IMG/VR virus record: IMGVR_UViG_3300031787_008607
Coordinates: 62,001 to 126,000 of that record
Length of the DNA: 64,000 nucleotides
Strand: one strand, 5' to 3'
Origin: an uncultured virus (IMG/VR IMGVR_UViG_3300031787_008607)
Taxonomy: Duplodnaviria; Heunggongvirae; Uroviricota; Caudoviricetes
In this document: piece by piece, positions 44,175-53,759 of the stretch
How the letters are laid out: every line of letters begins with the position of its first letter
How positions within the stretch are numbered: position 1 is the stretch's first letter
Made by a program: the position numbers and the translations under genes
Notes under the pieces: model-generated
The model's input: the letters and a program-made list of their open reading frames with translations, nothing else
Databases searched by the model: none
Told to the model about the DNA's origin: nothing

Positions 44175-44693
44175 TTAAGCTATCATATCATCTTCTTTTA
44201 GGTCATTACAGACTACATCTAAAAACACTTCAATATCATGTTCTAAACCTTCATAATCTTCAAATACATTTGTTCCTTCAGTTGTGTTTTCAAACATACA
44301 AGTTTGAAAATTACCTTCGGGGTCACAATAAATTTCACCATAATAGTCACTATCATCAACAGTTAGATACCCTGTATGTATTTTTTCATCCTCATTATCT
44401 TCAGTTGACTCATATCTAAATTTAAACGATGGCATTCCTGGAAATTCAAAAGACCAAAAACCACCTGCCTTTGTTATAGCATCTTCTTTAGATGACGGTT
44501 CGTCTTCAATTGAAATACCTTTAGTAAATTTCTCAAGAGTTTTTCTTTCTTCAGGTGTAATTGATTCCATACCTGATTGACTAATTTTATCTAAAATTGC
44601 GTCAATTTTATCTTCACCAGGAGTAAAGGCTTCGGATAAAACAAATTTTAATAATTTAATATATTCGTTTTCTTTTAATTTTATTTTTTTCAT
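44175..44693 (-). CDS. hypothetical protein with leader motif
   Basis: MKKIKLKENEY..VLSE; IDAILDKISQSGMESITPEE motif. Confidence 0.7.
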   Translation of the reverse strand: MKKIKLKENEYIKLLKFVLSEAFTPGEDKIDAILDKISQSGMESITPEERKTLEKFTKGISIEDEPSSKEDAITKAGGFWSFEFPGMPSFKFRYESTEDNEDEKIHTGYLTVDDSDYYGEIYCDPEGNFQTCMFENTTEGTNVFEDYEGLEHDIEVFLDVVCNDLKEDDMIA

Positions 44694-46195
44694 TTCTTAT
44701 CAACTATTTGGAATGTTAGTGTTTTCTTATAAGTATCTACTTCACCTGATGTAAGTACTTTAATATCTATTGAATATTCATTAGGTATTTTATCTCTTGT
44801 ATCAAAGATGAAATAATATTCATTTGACGCTCTGTTTACTTGTGTCCAATCTTGAACTTGTACTTCTGTTTGACCCTCTTTAACATAAACTCGGTAATAA
44901 ACAGTTACAGGTGTTAATACTTGATTAGATGTGTACGCTTTTTTAACAACAACACCAACTTTTCTTAAATCAGTATTTAATATTTTTTCATCTTGTTTAA
45001 TACCGTAAAAATCAAAACCAAAAAGTTCAGGGTCTTGACTATTAGGCCCAAGAGTAAAATAACCAGTGTATGGTAAAACAGTTAAATCATTAACTACATT
45101 AGGTATTTGTATACCGTTATAATAAAGATTTGACCAAGTATCTGTAAACATACAAGGTGTTGTTGCTGAAACAGAATTAGTTGTTATTTCATAAACACCT
45201 TGAGTAATTTGACACCCCGTATAAGTACCAATAGTGTTACCTTGATTATTTTCTAAGGTAACAATCGGTAAATTATCCAAATTTGTTGGTACACCACCTA
45301 TGTAAGAATACAAGTATAATTTATTATTGTTGTAAGAATAAAAAGCGTTTCGATTATCAAGTATTAAATCGTTATAATTTGTTTCAAGAAATGGTTCGTA
45401 GAAAGTTTGGGTATGCCTTGTAAAAAATCCTACTGAATAGTTTTCAGTTAAACCTGTTAAATTTTCTAATTCGGGTAAAAAAGCAACTCCCCATCCTGTT
45501 GACCCAGTTGTTGTACCGGTAAGAATTCGATTGATTTCATTTGTCATATCAAACTCAATATCTTCATTCCCAAATTCAAAATGTTGAGTATCAACAATTG
45601 TTAACGCCGAATAATTAATTGTTGACCCTGTTCCTGTGTTTGTATTATTGTATATTCCGGGTGTTGACCAATTATCTAATGTTGTTGTTTGATACCAATT
45701 AGAAGGTCTTTGAGAATATGCTTTATCTTGTGGTAAAGCTATTGGTGATAATAAACCATTAGTTGAATTTAAAGTACGTTGAACATCATAGTAATCATAT
45801 CCAACACCTTCATCCCACGTTTGAGCAGTTCCTGTATTACCTGAAGTAAGAGGTATTCTAAATAAAACTAAGTCAAATGATGTTGCTCTTAATCTTCCTT
45901 GTGATGTGTATTCATTACTTAACCCATCTTTATCAAAAGAAGATGTGTTGGTCATTTTTAATGTATGAGTGATACCTGAAAAACCTGTACATCCTGTTGA
46001 TATTATTCCGTCTTGGATTTTTTGTACAAGTAATGATAAATCTAAATCAAAGATAAATCTACTAAATCCAGGGGACGCAATTACATCAGATGCTGAACCA
46101 AAATATAATTGCGTATAAGGTGATTTACCAGTGTTGGTAAAACTATTTGAAATTATTGTATTGTTCCTACTAAAATATGAACGATGTATTGACAT
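44690..46195 (-). CDS. putative virion structural protein (beta-rich, Thr/Ser/Gly-rich)
   Basis: WDEGVGYDY, FFTRHTQTFYEPFLE; late motif at 46209-46215. Confidence 0.65.
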   Translation of the reverse strand: MSIHRSYFSRNNTIISNSFTNTGKSPYTQLYFGSASDVIASPGFSRFIFDLDLSLLVQKIQDGIISTGCTGFSGITHTLKMTNTSSFDKDGLSNEYTSQGRLRATSFDLVLFRIPLTSGNTGTAQTWDEGVGYDYYDVQRTLNSTNGLLSPIALPQDKAYSQRPSNWYQTTTLDNWSTPGIYNNTNTGTGSTINYSALTIVDTQHFEFGNEDIEFDMTNEINRILTGTTTGSTGWGVAFLPELENLTGLTENYSVGFFTRHTQTFYEPFLETNYNDLILDNRNAFYSYNNNKLYLYSYIGGVPTNLDNLPIVTLENNQGNTIGTYTGCQITQGVYEITTNSVSATTPCMFTDTWSNLYYNGIQIPNVVNDLTVLPYTGYFTLGPNSQDPELFGFDFYGIKQDEKILNTDLRKVGVVVKKAYTSNQVLTPVTVYYRVYVKEGQTEVQVQDWTQVNRASNEYYFIFDTRDKIPNEYSIDIKVLTSGEVDTYKKTLTFQIVDKK

Positions 46196-46215
46196 TTACT
46201 CTTTTTAGATAAATA

Positions 46216-47805
46216 TCAATTTATACGAATATTTTGATTTAATACTTTAGTATCGAATAATTTCCATTCAGATGTTAATTTTGTCTTAGATATTGGAGAA
46301 GTTTCCCTTGTTAATTCAAATGGAGTTTCTCTATGATATAGGTGTTGATGATTTAATAAAAATCTCACAATTAATGCCAATAAATCTTTTAACGATTCTC
46401 CTCTAACCATAGAGTTTGTTGAATTATAATAATTTCCTGATAAAGTAGGTTCATTAATACCATAAACATCTGAATTTTTTAATTGGATTTTTTCTAATCC
46501 TGGAATATTTGAATTGTTAGATATTAAAAATATTTTTTCAGACCCCATTACTGCGTAACCAAAATCACCGTTTTGACTTACATTAGGAGTGTATTTTACT
46601 TTCTTTGAAACCTTTTTTAATCCGTATTTATTTTTACTTGAAATTAATCCTGAACCAGGGTTTGTTAATTTCTGTGATTTCGGAAATGCTATTAATGAAA
46701 TTAAAGTATTTGTATTTTTCTTTTCGAGGTCACTACCAATTAGTGATTTTTTTTGTAAAGATAATGATGGTCTAAAGAAAAATGGAAATCTAACATCTGT
46801 AACATTTACAGTTTCTCTTGGCGTTAAGTAATCAATATTAATTAGTCCGTCATTTAATCCTGATATCACTTTATTAATTATATCAGATACTTCTTGTAGA
46901 GTATCAATGTTATTAAAAGAATGTGAAAAATACGTATATGTAACATCGTCAATAACTGTTTGTTGTGTAAATCTATCTGTTAAAGTATTTGGGGACTTTC
47001 CGGGTAAATTATATATGTTAATGTTACCTGAAAATGGGCCTTCAGTATCCAATCCATAATAAATTTCATACTCAACAAGTTTAACAATTTGTTCAGATAC
47101 TGTTGAATTTTGAGTAATTGTTTTTTGTGTCCCTTTGGTTGTTTTAGAATCAAAATTAGATAATTGTAAAAAAGACCTTTTAGGATTCGTTACAGGGTAT
47201 TCATTTGTTTTTAATATTGGTGTTTTTTTTGACCTTAATAAAACTTCATTATCTTTTAAAATAATATCAGACCTTCCTTTAGAATAAATTCCATAATCTT
47301 TTGGTTCAGCAAATACCCCTTTAGTGTTTTCAAAAAAGTATCCATTTGAATTTTTTAATGGTAAACCTGGTTTAACATTAGGCCCTGCCGCCATAATACT
47401 TTTTGTTTGGTTTGAATTTTCACGAGCAACAGACATTGCTGATGATATCGGGCCTTTAATATAAAATTGATTTTTTCTTCCTGTATTTTCAGACCAATTA
47501 TAATAAATTAAATGAACATAATCATTATTTTCAGGAACAATATTTAATTGAACAGGAATTAAAGGAATATAAACAAAAGGGTCGACATCTTCGTAAAAAA
47601 ATTCTTCTAAAATATCATTACCTTGAGCATTTAAAACTGATTTACCATTTTTTGTAATATCTTTAAGTGAATCAATTACTTGTTGGTAAATTTCAAAATC
47701 AGGTTTAACTCTAATACGTTCTAATGAATATTTGTCTTCATTATGGGTAACAGTACCTCCAAATAATATCCTATGTTTTTGTTGGTCATCCCTTCCTTGA
47801 CTCAT
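46216..47805 (-). CDS. putative baseplate hub/gp5-like structural protein
   Basis: N-terminal GTV..D..RIRV...PLIP..VP..YV..YIKGP resembling an OB-fold hub; C-terminal VRGESL..H.H motif. Confidence 0.45.
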   Translation of the reverse strand: MSQGRDDQQKHRILFGGTVTHNEDKYSLERIRVKPDFEIYQQVIDSLKDITKNGKSVLNAQGNDILEEFFYEDVDPFVYIPLIPVQLNIVPENNDYVHLIYYNWSENTGRKNQFYIKGPISSAMSVARENSNQTKSIMAAGPNVKPGLPLKNSNGYFFENTKGVFAEPKDYGIYSKGRSDIILKDNEVLLRSKKTPILKTNEYPVTNPKRSFLQLSNFDSKTTKGTQKTITQNSTVSEQIVKLVEYEIYYGLDTEGPFSGNINIYNLPGKSPNTLTDRFTQQTVIDDVTYTYFSHSFNNIDTLQEVSDIINKVISGLNDGLINIDYLTPRETVNVTDVRFPFFFRPSLSLQKKSLIGSDLEKKNTNTLISLIAFPKSQKLTNPGSGLISSKNKYGLKKVSKKVKYTPNVSQNGDFGYAVMGSEKIFLISNNSNIPGLEKIQLKNSDVYGINEPTLSGNYYNSTNSMVRGESLKDLLALIVRFLLNHQHLYHRETPFELTRETSPISKTKLTSEWKLFDTKVLNQNIRIN

Positions 47806-47980
47806 ATTCTTTTAAAATTTTGTTATATGTTGATTCTATTTTATCAATTTTTTTTGTTAATTCAATAACTAAATGTTTGGTATTATCAAATTCTTTTGAT
47901 AAAAAATCCATTGCTAATACCAAATCTTTGTTTGATTTAGTTTTATATTCAACTAATATTTCTTTTATTTTTTCTGACAT
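47786..47980 (-). CDS. small coiled-coil protein
   Basis: ORF in operon. Confidence 0.6.
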   Translation of the reverse strand: MSEKIKEILVEYKTKSNKDLVLAMDFLSKEFDNTKHLVIELTKKIDKIESTYNKILKEYESRKG

Positions 47981-47981
47981 A

Positions 47982-49904
47982 TTAAAAATATTTTCCTGTT
48001 ACTCTTACATTTCCTGTTGGTTGACCTGTAGGTGAAATTGTTTCAGTAACTATAACACCTTCAATTTTACCATTTTTAGTCCTTTCATTAAAAGATGCTG
48101 TAAAGACCGCAATTTTCTCAAGGGTTCCTAAGTCAGGCTCACCATTAATACCCGGGCCTGTTGGTATCCCAAGTTGTTGCATTTGTAAAATGTATTCAAC
48201 AACTTCTTTTTGAGGTAAAACTCCAGATAGATATTCAGTTAAATATAAAAATGGTGTTGGTAAAATATATTTTCTAGGTATTGGAGTTAATTTTAATAGA
48301 TTAAAAATTGCATTAAGTAGTGATTTACAACTTCGATAGTCATTAACTAAACTAACTACTCCTCTAATAATTGCCTCTGTATTATCTAAAATTGATTGAA
48401 TTGCATTTTTTTGCATTTTTGTTTTAGTCACAATCAAATCTCTTAATATTGATTTAACTAATTTAAGAATATCCTGTTTGAATTGTTCATATAATGCTTC
48501 AATAAATAACGCACCTATTTTTGAGGTAGCACAGATTATCATTTTTCTGTTCAATTTTGCAAACTGCATCATTCCTGGTGAACTTGCTTCTAAATCGTTT
48601 ACAATGTTTTCATCTAAATTGGAAACAGTGGTTGAAAGTGCTTTAGACATAACCACAAAAGGTAATAGGACTTTTGGTGATAAAATTGACATCATTGCAC
48701 CTTTAACAAAGTTTTTAATTATTCCTTGATTCCAAGCGTAATCAAGAGAAATACCTTGTAATTGCCATCTATCATCATTAGATAAATTAAAATAGATATC
48801 TTGAAATATTGTATTAATATTACTTCCATCTTCATTGACTTCACTTATAGTGTCAAAAACATAATCAACATCACTAATTGGTAATTGAACATTATTACAA
48901 TCAATAAATTCAACATAACCCTGTCTTATGATAGAAATTTCGTTCTCAATTTGAGAAATTTCATTTGGTGTAAATTCAAAAAATGTGTCAGTAACATCAT
49001 CATATTCAGGATATTTTGCAATACCCCCAACATCAATCTCTTGGTTAGAATCAAAACACATTCCTAAAATTCTTTCAAGTATTCTAGTGAATTTTAACCA
49101 ATCATTATATTTTGAAGGTCCGGTATTTGAATTAAATTTTGTTATGTTTAAAATTAAATCAACTATTTTATTTATCGCATTATTAAAATCTAACATTTTT
49201 AGAGTTTTATAATAATCAATAATAAAATCTGTTACTCTATTTGGAGCATTTATTCTTTGGTATAAAACTACTTTAAAATAATTCCCCTGAGTAACTCCGT
49301 TAAAAGTTTCAAAAGAAATTTTAAATAATTCTTGACCTGATGAACCGTAGTAAACTTGCGGAACTGATGGTGTTTGAATTAATTCGTATAAAAACCTGTT
49401 AGTACTTCTTCTTGATGCTAATGGGTCATACGGTATTTTTTCATATATTGAAGCACCAATGGAACTATCAGGACTTAATTTAAGTTGATTAAATAAATCA
49501 ATTTCACTTACTTGAATATATAGTTCTTGATTTGTTAAATAAGTTTGTTCATTAGAACAATTCAATGAGCTAAAAACACACTCTTCGATAATACCTTCAA
49601 TTAAAGTTGGTAAATTCTGTAATTGATTTTTTAAAATATTAATAAAAAAATCATTATTTGGGTTAGTATTTGTTTGACCAATTAAATCAATTAATTCTTC
49701 AAACGAATTACTTGTTTTTTCTTTAATTTTTCTTGAAATTGTTGCGGAATCTAAATTTATTTGAATGTTTTCCGCTTTTTTTTGTAATCTATCAGTATTG
49801 TTCTGTATAAACCCTTCATAATCCTTTTGTACTTGCGTAAAAGTTTTGACGGCTTTAGCCCTTGCTTTACTTTCTTTAAAACCTTGTCTGATATCCTCTG
49901 CCAT
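47982..49904 (-). CDS. large hypothetical (likely structural) protein
   Basis: 640-aa ORF in late operon. Confidence 0.7.
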   Translation of the reverse strand: MAEDIRQGFKESKARAKAVKTFTQVQKDYEGFIQNNTDRLQKKAENIQINLDSATISRKIKEKTSNSFEELIDLIGQTNTNPNNDFFINILKNQLQNLPTLIEGIIEECVFSSLNCSNEQTYLTNQELYIQVSEIDLFNQLKLSPDSSIGASIYEKIPYDPLASRRSTNRFLYELIQTPSVPQVYYGSSGQELFKISFETFNGVTQGNYFKVVLYQRINAPNRVTDFIIDYYKTLKMLDFNNAINKIVDLILNITKFNSNTGPSKYNDWLKFTRILERILGMCFDSNQEIDVGGIAKYPEYDDVTDTFFEFTPNEISQIENEISIIRQGYVEFIDCNNVQLPISDVDYVFDTISEVNEDGSNINTIFQDIYFNLSNDDRWQLQGISLDYAWNQGIIKNFVKGAMMSILSPKVLLPFVVMSKALSTTVSNLDENIVNDLEASSPGMMQFAKLNRKMIICATSKIGALFIEALYEQFKQDILKLVKSILRDLIVTKTKMQKNAIQSILDNTEAIIRGVVSLVNDYRSCKSLLNAIFNLLKLTPIPRKYILPTPFLYLTEYLSGVLPQKEVVEYILQMQQLGIPTGPGINGEPDLGTLEKIAVFTASFNERTKNGKIEGVIVTETISPTGQPTGNVRVTGKYF

Positions 49905-50266
49905 TACAGATTAAATTTTTCAATATCTGAATTTATATCCTTTGAAATTAGACCCTGTAGAATATCATCATCCATAGATGAAATATCAAAAGTTTCTTCG
50001 GAATTACTTCTTTTTTCCCATATACCTGATTGTAACTTAGATAACGTAAGTTTTTTCTCAACACAATCATTTATGATTTTTTGTTGTTTTTCAATAACCG
50101 GGCCTATAACAGTCATGTCTTCAGGCTCTTTCATCATAGAAATCATTTTATTTTGAATTCTAATTGCGGTGGAGCGTTGTTCAACTAACTCATTATAAAT
50201 TTCCTGCATCAGAGCTAAAATTGAGTCCTGTGTAAAATTTATTTGTTTCTTTTTTGGTTTTGTCAT
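49904..50266 (-). CDS. hypothetical coiled-coil protein
   Basis: ORF; TATTTAT 4 nt before ATG. Confidence 0.7.
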   Translation of the reverse strand: MTKPKKKQINFTQDSILALMQEIYNELVEQRSTAIRIQNKMISMMKEPEDMTVIGPVIEKQQKIINDCVEKKLTLSKLQSGIWEKRSNSEETFDISSMDDDILQGLISKDINSDIEKFNL

Positions 50267-50293
50267 ACTTATAAATATTTTTTATGACATTTT

Positions 50294-51031
50294 TTATTCA
50301 GGATTAACTTGGAGTAGAGCAGTATATATTTTTTTGAACTTTTTCATTGACGCTCTTATTTCTTTTGTTGACATATTTGTCATCTCTCTGAGCGATAATA
50401 AAATAATATTTTTATTAAATTTATTGTTATCAGTTGCTGGAAAAATTGTCTCATAATTTTCCATAATCTCAACTAATGAAATACCTAATTTTATTTCACT
50501 TTCGTTTAAATCATCAATTTCAATAGTTTCTTTAATATAATCAATTAATATTGGTATTAAATTAACTTCTTCAGATGGTTCAACATCTAAGTAATAAACC
50601 ATTTCAGGAGAATTTTCTAAATCACCTGATATATCTTCATAGGAAATTTTTCTATTTTGTTCTTTTTGGTCTTTTAATATTTGACCCATAAGATAATTCT
50701 TGCAAATAGTTCCAAAATATGAATAAGCTTTCTTTTCTTTTGATGGACTAAATTTGTCAATTTTTGTCATCAAAAATGAATGTGTATCAGTATGAATTTC
50801 AATAAAATCCATATCTTTTCTGTATAATTTATATCTACGAATAATTGAAGAAATCATTTTATCTAAAGGATGTCTTAAATATTCATTATAAATCTTATTT
50901 TTTTCTTCAAAAGTAGAAGCAGTCAGAAACATTCTGACCGCATTCTCTTCTCTTATGTCAAAGTAATTTTCACCGCTAGATTTTTTTTTCGTCTTAACGG
51001 CAATTTCTATTGAGCTGGCGCTTAATATCAT
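50294..51031 (-). CDS. phage sigma factor (T4 gp55-like late sigma)
   Basis: region-2-like KIDKFSPSKEKKAYSYFGTICKNYL; N-terminal NYFD..ENAV. Confidence 0.65.
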   Translation of the reverse strand: MILSASSIEIAVKTKKKSSGENYFDIREENAVRMFLTASTFEEKNKIYNEYLRHPLDKMISSIIRRYKLYRKDMDFIEIHTDTHSFLMTKIDKFSPSKEKKAYSYFGTICKNYLMGQILKDQKEQNRKISYEDISGDLENSPEMVYYLDVEPSEEVNLIPILIDYIKETIEIDDLNESEIKLGISLVEIMENYETIFPATDNNKFNKNIILLSLREMTNMSTKEIRASMKKFKKIYTALLQVNPE

Positions 51032-51837
51032 TAAGCATTTTCAGGAACAAATTTTATGTTTCTGTCTTCACTAAAAAAATATTCTTTTTTAGCTGAAGAT
51101 ACCCAAAACTTAACCTCATTTTCTTCAAGTTTGGTTTCACCATTTTTGTATTCCCAAAAAATAGAACCTTCTCTTAAATTAGTGTGTTTGTAACCAATTT
51201 TAGGAATAGTCATAATTTTAGCCGAATTGTACGTTAAACGAAGTAACAATTCATAAACAAATGTTAATTTAATGCTTGGTTTAAATCCACCAAAATCTTC
51301 AATTAGAGATTTTTTGAATACCATTCCTGATGTTTGAAAATTTTGATATTGTAATAAAGTTTCATTTGTTAGATATCCCATTTCTTGTGAGAAATTAGCC
51401 GCAAATGTAGCTTCGTTTGTAAATCCTTGGAAGGTTAATTTATTATCTACCTCAACTACGATAGGTAAAAATGCGTCAACATCAGAATATGAATCTAAAT
51501 ATTTTTTTACATTTTTAAACCAAATTTTTGAGTATTCATCGTCAACTTCTAGAATACTAACCCATTTAGTTTCAGCTTTTGTAATTCCAAAATTAACCTG
51601 ATTTGAAAAATTTGGTTCTCCATCAAATTCAAAAGTTGTTACTTTAAGATTTTGAAAATCATATTTTTTCAAATAATCCGATAAATTTTTATCTTTACCA
51701 TGAACTATAATTAAGTTTTTTGGTAAGAACTCTTGAGATTGTACAGACTCAATTGATTTTTTAAAGAAATCCTCAAAATCTCTCATTACCATACTTTTAA
51801 TAGGTAATATAACACTTAAATCTAAAATATTTTCCAT
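51031..51837 (-). CDS. glycosyltransferase family 2
   Basis: LSVILP, SIESV, ILEVDD (DxD-like), IPKIGYKH. Confidence 0.8.
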   Translation of the reverse strand: MENILDLSVILPIKSMVMRDFEDFFKKSIESVQSQEFLPKNLIIVHGKDKNLSDYLKKYDFQNLKVTTFEFDGEPNFSNQVNFGITKAETKWVSILEVDDEYSKIWFKNVKKYLDSYSDVDAFLPIVVEVDNKLTFQGFTNEATFAANFSQEMGYLTNETLLQYQNFQTSGMVFKKSLIEDFGGFKPSIKLTFVYELLLRLTYNSAKIMTIPKIGYKHTNLREGSIFWEYKNGETKLEENEVKFWVSSAKKEYFFSEDRNIKFVPENA

Positions 51838-51841
51838 AATA

Positions 51842-52900
51842 TTAATTTTCAATTAATTGTAGTTTATTTAATTCAGTTTCAAAATTTTCTTTTATAACTT
51901 GAAGATAACCTTCAAACGTTGATAAAATTGTCTTTTCAAATTTTTCTACATCACTATATTTTTCCGAAGTTTCAATACCATTCTTGTAAAGATTTTCAGA
52001 AACATTATCTTCTAACCAATTTTGAACAAAATCTGCAACATAGTCTACAAGTTTTATTTCATCTTGTATCCAAATTCCGTTTTCTTCGCTTAACCAACTT
52101 GGAATTAGTTTTGGAACTACACCCATAACTGCTACACCACTCTTCATAGATTCTAATGGGAAGGTACCAAAAGAACTAATTCTATCGTTCCATACTGACA
52201 ACATAGATTCTCTTAATGAACTTGCAAATTCTTCTTGAGATAAACCTCTTAAATCACGGAAAGTAATCCATCTAAATTGTGGATACTTTTGATAGAACGA
52301 CTTGATAAAATTAATTGAATCTCTTTGTTCTCTAAACACAACCGAAATAATTGGTTTAACAGGTTTTTCAGAAACAACAAAATTCTCATCGATTACTGGT
52401 TCAATAACGTCAACAGCACTCATTCTCATTAATTTTGAAACATAATTTTTTTGCTCTTCTGAAGTTGTGATACACTTTGTAAAGTTAAATTGTTGCCAAG
52501 TTTGTCCTGGTTGAAGAGTTTCAAATATATAGTCATAAGACTGTGACAATACGATTTTAGTACAAGGTAAGTTTGTTAATTGACTCATAACGTAACCAAA
52601 AATTTCAGGAATAATCATAAAATCTTCAGGCGCTATTTGTAAATTTTGTCCTTCTACTGATTGGTGGGGAATAGAATCATATTTATTTCCTAACCAACTT
52701 TGTACTCCAAAATAATTAGGTTTTTCATGTAAAATAATGACATTATAACCGGCATTTTTAAGTGTTAATGCCATATCATAAATGTATTTGATTGACGCTT
52801 TAGCGTTCCCTAAAGTATCTTGAGCGAAAAAATAAATTCTTGATTTTTTTTCACTCAAATTTTTAATTGAATCTTCAATTTTTTTAATTGTTTCTTCCAT
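51842..52900 (-). CDS. GT-B glycosyltransferase-like protein
   Basis: IIPEIF, SFGTFPLESMKSG (GT4-like Ex7E variant). Confidence 0.7.
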   Translation of the reverse strand: MEETIKKIEDSIKNLSEKKSRIYFFAQDTLGNAKASIKYIYDMALTLKNAGYNVIILHEKPNYFGVQSWLGNKYDSIPHQSVEGQNLQIAPEDFMIIPEIFGYVMSQLTNLPCTKIVLSQSYDYIFETLQPGQTWQQFNFTKCITTSEEQKNYVSKLMRMSAVDVIEPVIDENFVVSEKPVKPIISVVFREQRDSINFIKSFYQKYPQFRWITFRDLRGLSQEEFASSLRESMLSVWNDRISSFGTFPLESMKSGVAVMGVVPKLIPSWLSEENGIWIQDEIKLVDYVADFVQNWLEDNVSENLYKNGIETSEKYSDVEKFEKTILSTFEGYLQVIKENFETELNKLQLIEN

Positions 52901-52903
52901 GTT

Positions 52904-53167
52904 TTAGTATTTTTGAATTATTTTATTATTTAATAAAGTGTTAAATGCCAATTTAAATGGTATTGATGCTGATGCTTTATCTCCTAAAGTTTCATCAACT
53001 TCTTCAGTTTCACTCAAGACTACCTCTAGCATCATTTTAATTATTTCGTATTGAACCACACCTATCTGTTGTTCAGTTGAACCTGATGAGTTTGGTGTGT
53101 CTATATTAATAATTGATTGAGCAGACTCCAAATCAATATAGTAATGTTCCCCTAGTATTTTTAACAT
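52904..53167 (-). CDS. hypothetical protein
   Basis: ORF in operon. Confidence 0.7.
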   Translation of the reverse strand: MLKILGEHYYIDLESAQSIINIDTPNSSGSTEQQIGVVQYEIIKMMLEVVLSETEEVDETLGDKASASIPFKLAFNTLLNNKIIQKY

Positions 53168-53759
53168 CTGTAATATTTGAGATTATTTCGTCTAATTCCT
53201 TTAACTTTTCAATAGTTTTAGACGAGTTTATTTTTTCATTATAAAGTGTTTTATATTTAACAACTTTATTATTGTAATTAATAATAATTTCAGGGTTAGA
53301 AGTAACTATTAAATCAAATTCATTTAAAACTTCTTTTTTTGTTACTTCATTATAGAAAATAATTCTTTCAACCAAACAACCAAATTTTGATAAAAAAAAT
53401 AAAGTTGCGGGTTTTGATTTTGAAATTTCATCTGATATAATAGTGAACTGAATATTATCTCTGTGTTTAACATATATGTCGTTGAAATCCACAAATGTTG
53501 TCATTTCACTTGATGGTGAATGACCAAATATTTCCATAGGACATTCTTCAAACATGAATGAAAACATTTCTTCTTTTGAAGGAAATAAAAAATGTTTGGA
53601 TAAATCTAAACTATCAATTGGTTCAATTATCTCATAGTTAAACGACACCTCATCTTCCTCAAACCCGTCACTTTTTTCAATTAGAAATTTATTATAGGTT
53701 GTTTTAAACTTACCAATAGTATCCCTTAAAACTCCGTTAATATCAATTCCTATCTTCAT
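53133..53759 (-). CDS. HAD-superfamily 5'(3')-nucleotidase-like protein
   Basis: MKIGIDINGVLRD (DxD motif altered to DxN). Confidence 0.6.
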   Translation of the reverse strand: MKIGIDINGVLRDTIGKFKTTYNKFLIEKSDGFEEDEVSFNYEIIEPIDSLDLSKHFLFPSKEEMFSFMFEECPMEIFGHSPSSEMTTFVDFNDIYVKHRDNIQFTIISDEISKSKPATLFFLSKFGCLVERIIFYNEVTKKEVLNEFDLIVTSNPEIIINYNNKVVKYKTLYNEKINSSKTIEKLKELDEIISNITDVKNTRGTLLY

